The position numbers were made by a program, and so were the translations under genes. The notes beneath the pieces are model-generated. The model ran no database searches and had not been told where the DNA came from. It worked only from the letters and a program-made list of their open reading frames with translations. This document shows, one piece after another, positions 1-11,300 of a stretch of 64,000 nucleotides of DNA (its first letter is position 1; each line of letters opens with the position of its first letter). Origin of the DNA: an uncultured Candidatus Poseidoniales archaeon (GTDB lineage: Archaea > Thermoplasmatota > Poseidoniia > Poseidoniales > Poseidoniaceae); the NCBI GenBank assembly GCA_964526385.1, contig CAZGJD010000003.1, positions 55,225 to 119,224 on the forward strand. Reading direction: 5' to 3'.

Positions 1-3000
1 TCTCCAAGCTGAGATGAAGAGATCTCCATTTCCCATGTTCCATCAGGTTTTACCGTGGTTGCATTAAGATAGATTTCGCCTTTTACCTTCTTTGCAGTAA
101 CTTGAGATCCTGGCAAACCAGTTCCTCTGAATTCAGCAGAGTCTTCGAAGACAACAATTCCCGAATCTACTCTTTGAGCACTAAATTGTACTCCCTTGAC
201 CATAAAGCTCACTGGGTACGAAACAGCAAGAGAATCATGGATATCTCTTGCCTCGATTATTACGTTGACCAAAGACCAATCAGAAATTTCTGAAGATATC
301 AAATATTTCGAGTTCATTGGATTATAGGTTAGTACTCCATCTGGAGATATTAGAATATGATCGAAGTAATCATCGTCTTCAACTGTTGCTGGGCTATCAT
401 AAACATTCCATGTGAAGTGCTGGGAAGAAGGACCTATTCCGTCTGAATCATTGAAGAAATCAAGTAAATTGATACTTGCACTCTCACACCTTTCGAAACT
501 TGAGGATTTTTCGTCACAAAATATTGTCATTGTATCTGGCCAATTATCTTCGTTAACAAATACAGGCGCAATATTGTCTGCTGCTGTCGGGTTATCGATA
601 ATTATTCGAACGCTTTCGATGTTTGAATAATCAATACCATCGTATGCCTTTACCCTTAGTTCGTATTGTTGATCATGAACTAGATCGCTAGTATCCCAGT
701 AGGTCGCCCAAGCACCATTTGACGCAAATGATGTAATAGGGTCAGGACCGTTGTTTAACTCAATACCGCTTGCTAGGTCGATTACACTAATCTCGAGACG
801 AGTTACTTGCCCATCGTTATCTCTTGCAACACCGCTAACCAATGTCTCTTCATCAGCTCTAATGACGTCCATAGGAAGTGGGTCACTAATTTGAACGATA
901 GGTATTCTGTTGTCGTTGTCGATGGTAATAGTAACTACATCTGGAGTGCATACATCGATTACCTCGCGACAGTAATTTGAATCACTTGCCCAAACAGTGA
1001 ATGTATAATCACCGCTTGGAAGGGCTGAGAAATTCCAAGAGTCGGCCCAGGTTGGTGCACCTCCACTTTCAGCGGCGTAGTTCGCCGAGTAGTTATTTGG
1101 CCCTACAACCGAAAACCAAATGTCTGCTATATCGCTACCCTGAACCCCTTGGTAACTATCAGATGCAGTGCCACTAAACAGAACTTCTTGCCCATCATGA
1201 GTTGATCCGTCAATAGGAGTTTCCAGATTAATTGTTGGAGGATTGATGTTTAATTTGAAAACTCTAGTAACTACTGTTGATTCATCTATACCATCTGTGG
1301 ACCTTACTCTGAAAGTAACATCATCCTCGAAGTGGTTTGCCATATCCCATTCAAAACTCCAGGACTTAAATGGCCAATTTGTCATTGTAACTTCTCCATT
1401 TGCACCTGAAGTGTCAGTAGCTTGATACCAATCTTGGCTACCATGTGGCTGAATTTCAACCTTCTTTACCTCTCCAAATTGACTAGAATAGGAGTCATAA
1501 TCACTGAAGTATGGTCCAGAATAGCCATCGTGTGCAGAGCCGGACAGGACTACGTTTCTTGCAAAGGATGTACCATCATGTTGAGAAACCATTACTGAAG
1601 GAGCCATGTTTGAGAGATGAACAACTTCATCCACCATACCGGTTAGATCGAAATCATGGGTCGATGTACCTTTTCCAAATTTAGATGCCTCGACAGAATA
1701 GCTTGGCATTTCCCTTCCACCAGATTGACAATCTGAGTCTTGGCCATCTTTGAGTGTGTCTCCATCATTATCGATGTAATCGCCACAGGAATTTTCTCCT
1801 GGGTCTGTCACGTCATGGTCCCAATTGGTGTCTATGTGGAAGTCTGACGGCAATGAAATCCACGGAGTATAACCATATGCGTCGGTTGTCAAATTGTAAA
1901 GCGAGCGACCTGTGGCATCTTTGATTTTGACTAGCGCTTCTCCCACTTGTGAGTTATCTGCCTTCACTTGATACCTTACTAATTCCGCTTGCTCTACTTG
2001 TACACCCCATGCTGTATTCTGGTTCTGAACATGTACCTTAGATCGGTCAAAATTCTGTACATCAGCAAACGTGAATGTGGTTGCATTAGCCTTCAATTCC
2101 ATTGAGAGTGGCATTCCTCTAGGAGGCCAATCAGCGGTTAATGGAACTGCAAGACACTCTGAAATATCTGTGTCACATTCTGCACCTTGCCATGAAAGTT
2201 GGACAGGATACAATGTGTTGTTTCCTGGGTCAGGAACTACTTCGCTTTGAATCGAAACACGCGATTCGGTTACGTTGTAAATCTGCGTTGCTCCTGAATA
2301 TGTATTGTCATTAAAGTAAGCGATTGAGCCATACTTGTTACCGTAGTTGTCATCATAATGAGAAATGTTAGCCGCAAAAGCATTTGCAGTCACTATATCG
2401 TTACCCTGTGCATTAACGATACCGCCTTTAATTCTAAATCCATCACCAATGCTATTTGTTACTATGTTGTTGATGAAAGTTGCAGATGACATATAGACAT
2501 GGAACGCAGGACAAGGGAAATCTCCGCCGTACATTGCTTGGGAACTACATGTACCTGAATTGTTAGAAATCTGGTTGTTTGCAAAATAAAGCCTTGATTT
2601 CGTTGGACTTGGAACATTCCAACCCTGATCTTTGTGATGGTATTCTCCAATCAAAACCGGTTCCTTTCCTGTATCAAGTATAGTATTATTTTCAGCAGAA
2701 ACATCTGATTCACCATATATCCAAAATCCGTTCCAACCGCCTATTGGTCCAATCGTATTGTGATTTGCGGTGACGTACGACGACCTAATTCCAAACCCTG
2801 AACCTTCAGCTGCACCAGATATTGTATTTCTGTTAGCAACTACAATCGCTTCATCGTACGCTGTAATTCCCGCACCTTCTGCGGTTGTAATCGAATTATC
2901 TTCTATGTAGAAAGTGTATTTTGTTGTACCAGTTGTTAGGTGAGAGTTTGTGTCGATTGCGTTACATTTTATGTCCATTGAGGAATTTGTTAGGTATCCG

Positions 3001-3875
3001 CTTGAAGATCGCAAAAATGCTCCATATGAGTTCTGAGATACTGTAATTGTATCCATTCTAACGAATGAATCCTCAAGGTAAATTGCAGACCTTCCACCGC
3101 CTTGGGAGCCACAGTCAGTTTCGGCACCTGTAAATGCGGAATTCAATATTTGCATCACAACAAGTCCTGCACCAGCTCCGTATGCTTGGATTGCAGCTCC
3201 TTGGAAACCTTCCTCATCAACGCCAACTTCGAAGGTGCCACCATCCAATGTAGGAGATGCGCCGTTAATTGCTAGAACGTTTGTTGTATTGATGTCAGTA
3301 AAACTTGGATTACTGACAGATAGCGATGCGCCATCGAAAACCAATGCGCCATACTTTACATTGCCCTGTCCTGTTATGTCTACTGGTATACCATATGCTC
3401 CATCGATTACGATGTGGTTCATTCTAGTAGCCGCTTGATCTATTGTTGAATCTATGTATATTCCTGAACCACAGGACAGATCTGGATTCCAAAGTCCCGT
3501 AACATAGCATCGAGATGTTAGGTTTCCACCTGGAGCATCGCCCCAAATGAACCTAATCGGAGAACCTGTACTTGCTTGCGTAGCACCGCAAGAGGAGTCT
3601 CCAGCGCAAATTGAACCTTGGATGTTGATGTTCTTATCGTAAGGAACGTTGATTGTAGTTCCCGCATTGATAATTAGTTTCGAGCCCCCAGAGATTAGCA
3701 AATCCCCGTCTAAATTGTGAACACCCATCCAAGTTTCTGTACCAGTTAAGGTGCCAGAACTTGTTTCATTTATCGCCGTTACAGGTGGAATCGTTGTTGC
3801 CATTGCCACAAATAGTGATAACATAAAAATGCTAACAATCCCAATGCTCTTTGTCCTCTGTGCTAAATCCGACAT
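1..3875 (-). CDS. Large secreted protein (beta-helix-like N-terminal half, Ig-like C-terminal domains); runs off the left edge, >1290 aa
   Basis: Missing from the ORF track because there is no stop in the window. Hand translation from ATG 3875 gives MSDLAQRTKSIGIVSIFMLSLFVAMATTIPPVTAINETSSGTLTGTETW (signal peptide), with GAGGCG upstream. The same frame is open at the edge (PDGTWEMEISSSQLG). I spot-checked the middle rather than translating all of it. Confidence 0.8.
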   Translation of the reverse strand, partial: MSDLAQRTKSIGIVSIFMLSLFVAMATTIPPVTAINETSSGTLTGTETWMGVHNLDGDLLISGGSKLIINAGTTINVPYDKNINIQGSICAGDSSCGATQASTGSPIRFIWGDAPGGNLTSRCYVTGLWNPDLSCGSGIYIDSTIDQAATRMNHIVIDGAYGIPVDITGQGNVKYGALVFDGASLSVSNPSFTDINTTNVLAINGASPTLDGGTFEVGVDEEGFQGAAIQAYGAGAGLVVMQILNSAFTGAETDCGSQGGGRSAIYLEDSFVRMDTITVSQNSYGAFLRSSSGYLTNSSMDIKCNAIDTNSHLTTGTTKYTFYIEDNSITTAEGAGITAYDEAIVVANRNTISGAAEGSGFGIRSSYVTANHNTIGPIGGWNGFWIYGESDVSAENNTILDTGKEPVLIGEYHHKDQGWNVPSPTKSRLYFANNQISNNSGTCSSQAMYGGDFPCPAFHVYMSSATFINNIVTNSIGDGFRIKGGIVNAQGNDIVTANAFAANISHYDDNYGNKYGSIAYFNDNTYSGATQIYNVTESRVSIQSEVVPDPGNNTLYPVQLSWQGAECDTDISECLAVPLTADWPPRGMPLSMELKANATTFTFADVQNFDRSKVHVQNQNTAWGVQVEQAELVRYQVKADNSQVGEALVKIKDATGRSLYNLTTDAYGYTPWISLPSDFHIDTNWDHDVTDPGENSCGDYIDNDGDTLKDGQDSDCQSGGREMPSYSVEASKFGKGTSTHDFDLTGMVDEVVHLSNMAPSVMVSQHDGTSFARNVVLSGSAHDGYSGPYFSDYDSYSSQFGEVKKVEIQPHGSQDWYQATDTSGANGEVTMTNWPFKSWSFEWDMANHFEDDVTFRVRSTDGIDESTVVTRVFKLNINPPTINLETPIDGSTHDGQEVLFSGTASDSYQGVQGSDIADIWFSVVGPNNYSANYAAESGGAPTWADSWNFSALPSGDYTFTVWASDSNYCREVIDVCTPDVVTITIDNDNRIPIVQISDPLPMDVIRADEETLVSGVARDNDGQVTRLEISVIDLASGIELNNGPDPITSFASNGAWATYWDTSDLVHDQQYELRVKAYDGIDYSNIESVRIIIDNPTAADNIAPVFVNEDNWPDTMTIFCDEKSSSFERCESASINLLDFFNDSDGIGPSSQHFTWNVYDSPATVEDDDYFDHILISPDGVLTYNPMNSKYLISSEISDWSLVNVIIEARDIHDSLAVSYPVSFMVKGVQFSAQRVDSGIVVFEDSAEFRGTGLPGSQVTAKKVKGEIYLNATTVKPDGTWEMEISSSQLG

Positions 3876-4057
3876 AACATCGCCTCTAATCTCCGGATTC
3901 ACAACACCAACTTAACACATTGGTACAGATTTCAATTGGAAAGTATCAAAATTACTTTATAATATCATATATTTTTCTTCCAAAAATTAACATTGTATCA
4001 TATTCGAAATAAAATATCATTTTTAAATTCCTTTGATATTTGCACGCAGTAATACGT

Positions 4058-5287
4058 TTAACCAGATTGACAGGTCACATTCTCCTGTATTTCAGTTAGC
4101 CATCCCATTCCATTTATCACGCCATATCCTGATTTTGAATTGTGAGAAATTAGTCCATCATCAGTGATTGTGGAATTCATCAAGGCATATTTTACTTCAT
4201 CAATACAATCAATATTTTTATTCTTAAGATGTGGTTCTGATTCAAGAATTAATGCCAAAATTCCACCGACTAAAGCTGTCGAATCACTCGTTCCTGTCGA
4301 GGTATAATACTGATTATTATCTCCAGTAGATATTAAATCTACACCAGGTGCGATTATCTCAGGCTTCAAATTGGGATGCTCTCTTTCTTGACCATCAGAA
4401 TTAACGCTTTCACCCAAAGAGGAGCCTTCCCAAACCTTTCCATCCTTTTGTGAAGCCCCTACAGTGATTACTCCAGGGACATTAGACGGTGTAGTGACCC
4501 TTCCATCATCACCGTCACCACCATCATTACCAGCGGCTGCAACGACAAATATTCCCTTGCTTAATGCAACATTTACGGCGTTAACAGTTGGTCCATTCCT
4601 TGGAGAATTAGGATCGTTGACACCTCCTAACGATAATGAAATAATATCTGCCTCAAATGATTCCCAGCACCATTCTATTGCATTGGCCACAACTTCTTCA
4701 TTACCCGTGTTTCCACCTTCACCATCATCCCCGAGAGCAGCTGCCATTCCGAGTACGACATTTGGTGCCGCCCCCACCATGTAACCATCAGCGGCCACGA
4801 TTCCTGCCATCATTGTGCCATGTGCCAAAGAACCTCGGTCTACGGGTTCTTGGGAACCTGTTGTAAAATCTCTGAAAATTAATTCCAAATTTTCAAAATC
4901 GGAATGACTAGCATCAATCCCTGTATCAACCATACATAATCTAACTCCATCACCTGTTAGTCCAATGTCTTGTAAGTCTCTTGCCCCAGAATCTTCGTAT
5001 GCCCATTCCGACGTTGGAGGTGGGATCTCAAGCCAAAAAAACTCCGACTTTAGAAGTGCCCAAAAAAGAATTGTCAGAATAACAAAAATACCAGCATTAG
5101 CAATCCTCCGTGTATTACGTCGCCTAGCAGGTACTGTATGAACGGGTAATGGAGCCCATCCAACTACTTCAGACCTCCACCCGTCTTGATGCCCATTTGT
5201 GGAGGGGTCAACAGCAGAAACTATTCGGAAATCGGTAGGTTCCGGCATGAAATCAACGTTGTCAAGTTGATTGTCATCCCCCCACAT
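4058..5287 (-). CDS. Membrane-anchored S8 (subtilisin-like) serine protease
   Basis: Catalytic motifs MVDTG, HGTMMAG, AAAGN and GTSDST, plus one N-terminal TM helix. Confidence 0.92.
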   Translation of the reverse strand: MWGDDNQLDNVDFMPEPTDFRIVSAVDPSTNGHQDGWRSEVVGWAPLPVHTVPARRRNTRRIANAGIFVILTILFWALLKSEFFWLEIPPPTSEWAYEDSGARDLQDIGLTGDGVRLCMVDTGIDASHSDFENLELIFRDFTTGSQEPVDRGSLAHGTMMAGIVAADGYMVGAAPNVVLGMAAALGDDGEGGNTGNEEVVANAIEWCWESFEADIISLSLGGVNDPNSPRNGPTVNAVNVALSKGIFVVAAAGNDGGDGDDGRVTTPSNVPGVITVGASQKDGKVWEGSSLGESVNSDGQEREHPNLKPEIIAPGVDLISTGDNNQYYTSTGTSDSTALVGGILALILESEPHLKNKNIDCIDEVKYALMNSTITDDGLISHNSKSGYGVINGMGWLTEIQENVTCQSG

Positions 5288-5369
5288 AGATGAACATACA
5301 TCGTATATCTATTGAAGATATGTCTCTAACTACATGGTAGTCAAAGCATATTTTAACAGAAATTTACAA

Positions 5370-8300
5370 TCAGAATCTACTAGAAGATCCCTTTCTGGCA
5401 ACCTTATATCCACCATACAATGCTAAGATTGTGAGCATGAATATAACTACAGTAATCCACGGGGATTCTTCGCCATCAGCTACGTTAGAGAATTTTCTCG
5501 AGAAGTCGACTGGCTCAACTGTTGAATCAAGTGGTGTATCGATGACATCCAATCGAACCCTTAGGTGTGCAGTTCCCGGAGGTAGGTCTGAGTATGAGAA
5601 TTCAGCCCACTCCACATCTTGTGCAGCGATTCTAATCGTGGTTTGCTGTGTTGGGTAATCGGTGCCTTCTTGAGATGCTTCGAGGTACACGATTACATCT
5701 CCTGTAGACAAGAATCCTGTGTTTTCAATTGGTACTCTAAAGATTCCATCCTGATTAGCAAACGCATCTGCATTTCTTGGCTCAATGCTCTCAGTCAAGA
5801 TAGTCAAATCTGCCACAGCAATTACAACCTCAGTTGAGGCGGTCTGGACTTCAAAGTCACCTTCACTTGTAGCCTCAAACGCTACATTACAATCATCCAA
5901 TGTCGAATTTGTTGGTGCAAATACTGTGAATGACTGACTCCTGTCATTGTTAGCAGCGATGGTGAGATTAGACAATTTAGGTGTGACATCCCATCCTGCA
6001 TCTACACATACTTGGGGTATTGATGAAGTAACCGAAACTGTATCATCACCGTTACCAAGGTTATCGACTCTTAAAGTAACAAGAACAGTTCCACCATCGG
6101 CAATACCGATAGATTCTGGTGCGTCTTCAAGGCTAATGTTGTAGATTTGGGGTACTCTCACAACTACTGTTTCTTCACTTAATCCACCTTCGGCTGTAAA
6201 TCTCATCTTGACTGTGTGACCATCATCATAGGTTATTGACTGGTTCTGCAATGGTAGAGTAATTCTAACATCAACCTGGTTTGTTAATACCTGATTTTCA
6301 TCTGAATTATTCTGGCCAATACCCATTGTAACATTGATGCTATCTACCCAGTTTCCGTCTTTATCCTTGAATTCAACAGACCAGAATTCTGAATCTTGGG
6401 TTAGGTCAAGTGAGCCAGATGTGCTGAAAACATCTTCAATTTCTGTACCATTGTAGATTAAGTTTAGAGTTAACTCGATGACCTCATAGCCATTAGAATC
6501 AGTTTCTGTAGCGGTTAAGTCGCCCAAGTCATCTACGGAATATGTGGCACCAGAGTTGACTGATTCGATGCTTACAGTAAGGTCTGAATCAACCTTCTTT
6601 GTAAATTGCATTTCCTTGTCTATCGCTGTGTCTTGGTCGATATCAACCACGATACCGGAAGAATAAGGCATGGTCAATTGTAGATCGTGTTGTATTGTTT
6701 CGAATTCACTTTCAAGGTCGACACAAGATTGACTTCCTTCACATGAAGGTAGAATTATGTTCAATTCTCCGTTAGTATCAAACGCTATGTCCCATTCAAC
6801 TTCATCTCCTAGAGAAATCGTAACGAATACATCTTCACCAACATCGCCTGCTGTTAGAACAGTGTTTTCTATGTCAGTCCACGAGCTTGTTAATGTCAAT
6901 CTTCCACCCTTTCGCATTTCAAGGTCAAGGGAAGCGCCTTCCTGAACTGATGCCTCGAGTAATCCAACAGCGATTCCTCCACCGTTGTCGTCTGTGTCAG
7001 TTCCTTCAACGTACACAATCCAGTTGCCCGGCATTATATCGTCAGACCAGGATAAGATGTCGTTTTCATAAACTAAGTTAGTAATCACAACAGGGTCTCT
7101 AACGATTCCAGATGCAGGGTATAGTGTGACGGTTGCGCCCTCCAATCTCATGGCTGTAGGAACGCTGTCAGTTACATTACCTGATACAGAAACTAGACCT
7201 GCAGTTAATTCAAGATCTCTGCTTTCATGCGTGTCATTAACAACATAAGCATATGTTGAGGAAGTTTCGTTCGTGTATGTTGCTGAATCAAATCCGGGTT
7301 TTTCAGCTTGCACATCGTAATCATCTCTGATTGGAACGAAGACTGACCAAACACCGTCTGCGTCTGTCTGCAATGTCCACTCCCATCCTCTTTCGGCTGT
7401 GACGTTAACGGTAGCATTTTCAACACCCTCCCCAGGTGATGGTAAGTCATCATCATTCAAATCCCAGAATATCTTTCCACCGATCAAAACGTGTTTGTTA
7501 ACTTCAACAACGCCAACATTCCAAATACCGTTTTCGAGATTGTCCGAGAGGTAAACTCCCTCTTCCAAAATCCACTGTTCGAGAGTTTCTGTTCTGTTGA
7601 GGTGTAGTGTCCAATCACCTGGCATTAGAACCTCTGAAATGTTTCCAAAGTTATCCGACGGGCCAAGACTTACATTACCTAAGCCTTCGTTGCTCACAGC
7701 GGTAATTCGGGTTGCTGTTACATTAACACCTGTAAACATCTCTTGTAATTGCATAGTAACCGGCATTGCAGTTTGTGTTTGCCAAACGATATCTCTCTCA
7801 GCTCCATTGAGGTCTAATACTCCTCTGAAGATTTCGGTTTCACCGCTATCGTCAGCGGTGAAATCCGCCACCTCAACATACCAGAATCCACCAGGCACAT
7901 ATTTTGCAAATGAACCATTTTCATCAGTATTGAGAGGATGGAAATCGTCACCGGCTTCATTCCTTAACCATACAGTTGAGTTCGAAAGTGCCATTCCACT
8001 TTCAGTAGTAACATTCCCTGTAACGAGATATTCAGGAATTATTGGTACTGATAGAGGTTCACCAGATGGACCCAATCCTAAATTCAGGTTTGGTATGAAG
8101 TCTGATTGCAGATAATAGTCAGTTGCATTTTCATCTGTTGGAAGAGTTGGTGACAACTCAATTGTATATTGACCGACAGACAATTCCAAAGTGACTTCTC
8201 CAGTTACTAAATCATAATCGTCTGGTGTAACCGTAGCATTGATTCCGATGCCACTCATTGTAACAATGTCAAATGCTGGCATTATCGCGCTTCCATTTTC

Positions 8301-11300
8301 CCATGTTCCGTCAGTAGTATCCAAGAATATTCTGAAAGTTACAGATACATTGTCTGGATTTGCAATCAAATCAACTGGTTCCATTTCATATCCAGAATTA
8401 TTTTTCACTACCGGTTCGACATTCATCAATTCATTAGAAACTGTATAAGTCCAGTTGCCTTTGTTCAAATTGAACGTAAACATGCCAGAGTTATCAAGTT
8501 GTGACCTCCACTCTAATCCATCGTCGTTTGTTGCTATGATTTCTATCGATTGGGAACCTGGTATTTCATTACTCCAAACAGCACCTGAGCCATTTGTCAA
8601 AGATTCCCTGATGTACACTGTTCCTTCTACATTTCCAGTATTTAGTAGGTATATGTTACCACTTTCGAGGTCTGGTGCATTTTCTACAAGTATTCCACCG
8701 GCATATGTTGAAGATCCGGAGAATCTGTCAGCTGTGACGTGGAAAACCATGTTCTCTGGTAATCGCATCGAGTAATTACCATTGAAATCAGATATTGTAT
8801 CGATGACAATTGAACCTGAACGAGCTTCTATCTTGACATTGCTTGCAGGCTCTATTGTTGCGTTAGATGGGTCATCCAGATAGACGTTGGTTAGATTCTC
8901 TAATGTTTCTCCATTATCCAATAACGTTTCGCCTTCTGCTCTGACGCTGTACAGCGTAGCATTAATCCAAACGCTTACAGAGTATGTTAAGTCGAACTCC
9001 ATATCCTCTGATTCTAAATCGAATTCATTCCACAAAACATATTCCTCGTCATTCTCATCGGAAACTATCCAACTTCCAGTGAATAATTCAACCGTCACAA
9101 TTCCATTCTCGTCAGAAACTGCAGTTTCGATAATTGGTAGTAAATCAGTGCTTTCTGTATTAGTAAAAGTCAATGTTCTATTGGATAAATCTAGGCCAGA
9201 ATCTCCTGCAAGCAGGTTAATTGTTACATCCTGTTTCAGTGGGATGAATGCTGCGAGTGAAATATTTTCTGAATCTTGGCCGACTGTGAAGTTCATCAGC
9301 ATTTCATACCAACCATCTCCATCAACATCAACTCTCCATTGGTATTCACCAGCAGCTATAGGACCATAACTGAAGTTACCTTCTTCATCAGTGATGATTT
9401 CTGCAATTGGTACATCTTCATCGATGTCTAAATCAAGAAGTTCAATCGTTTGATTTGGCAGTGGTTCTGGTGCTCCCGTATCGGTTGATTGAGTGAGTAG
9501 AGTATCCGCAAAGATAGAACCAGGTAGTACCATTTCTAGGTTGTTTGTTGGAGTCAGTCCAACTTCAACCGGGTCAGGTAGCAATACTTCTTTTCCATTT
9601 GGCATGATAGCTATCATGTTGTAAGTACCGGGTAATATTCCAGTCTTGTAGAACGAACCCGGGGCAACCATGTCACCCGAGAAAGTTCCCTCTCCGATGA
9701 ATAAACCAGTACCGTTTGCAGTTCCTATTCCTTCAAACAGACCTGTACCTTCGAAGGTTTCTCCGTCTAGATACTTAACTACCGTAACTGGCCCTTCAGC
9801 GGTCATCCTTCCAGTTGCATTTATTTCTCCCATGAAGTAATATGTGTCCGCTTCTTCTGTTAGACAAATTACGTGAGTAGAAGTTACTGTTTCGTTTTCT
9901 ACTGTTTCGTTGAATCTTGGTAGTTCAGGGCTAGAGGATTCGTTTGAATACTCACAAGATGGAATTGTATGTTCATAATCAACTGATGTTGCAACAATTG
10001 TTCCAGCACCACTGAATGTAGCACTAGCCGTGTACGACCTTCCATCGTCGACTATTCTTGTGAAATTACCTGTGAAACCTCTAACGATAGCAGGGTTACC
10101 TTGTGTGTCGAAAGAACCATTGTTGGTAAACAATACTTCACCGCTTCCTTGGATTATTCTCGAATCGCCGTCTTCAGTGGTGAATGAACCACTTGATGTT
10201 GATAGCGTGTAGTTCGAGGTCATACTCCAAATGTTCTTCAGGATGAAATCAATTCCATCTAATGCTTGTCCTTCGAATGATTCGTTGCCTGTCCAAGTAA
10301 CTGTTCCAGATATTCCACTTGAATCAACCGCAATATCGAAGGTTTCGTCGAAAGATGCTAATCTATCAGCTTGCTGACCTGTGATGTTGTAAGTTATTTC
10401 ACCCATCCAAGTCATGTTCGATACCTTTCCAAGAAGAGCGGTTATGGCGTTAGTTTCACGGTCTTCGTTAACATCAACCGTCAAATCACCTAGGCCACTT
10501 GAGTATTCGTTTGCTTGGAAGCTATCCTTAGCAACTGCATCGTCAAACTCACCTGCATATGCAGATGCTCTGATTTTACCAGCAGGCGCTATGAAACACC
10601 AATTTCCGTTCTCATCTGTGTCGGTATTACCGATTGGAATCCAGTATGTATCACTGTCAAGATCAGTTTCATCTTCTCCAGAGAATGCGTCTCTCTCTAA
10701 CAGTATCCTAACATCAGATAGTGGCAAACCATTGTCTGACATTGTTACTTGTCCGCAAATTTCAGCACCGGCATAATACTTCATTACTTTGACAAGGGTG
10801 TTTGAAGAACCAAGGCCGTCATTAGGGTCTTCAGCATTGTACCAGTTTGCAATCACCAAGTGGTTCATCATAGCACCAGGCATTGGTAATGCGTTGGTTA
10901 ATATTGAATTTGGAGTACCTGATTGTCCCCAGTGCTGTCCAGGTTGTTCAGTTGTTGCAAATCCAAGGTTCGGAGAACCATATCCAACGTAGGTTCTGGC
11001 AAGCATTGTATCAAAGAATGCTGGCTTGTGGTCAACTCTGACATCTACCAACTGTAGCGGGTCGAAGTCTTGACCTGCTTGTTGATTCAGGATATCCTTT
11101 GTCATTTCTTCATCGAACTCCTCTCGGGTCATTTCGTCATTGAATTGACCCCTTGAAGTCATGTAAACTTCATCCATGAAGGTTGAGAAGTCCTGACCTG
11201 ATAGAATTGAAACAGGTGCGAAAATACCTGTGGGGTTTCCGCCACTGTATTCAGAGTTGTAACTTCCACCACGAGGGTAAAGTTTTGTATCAACTGCCAA

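Noticed and set aside
102..3438. Short ORFs in the first 3.5 kb
   Set aside because: They are shadows of the long minus-strand gene that starts at 3875
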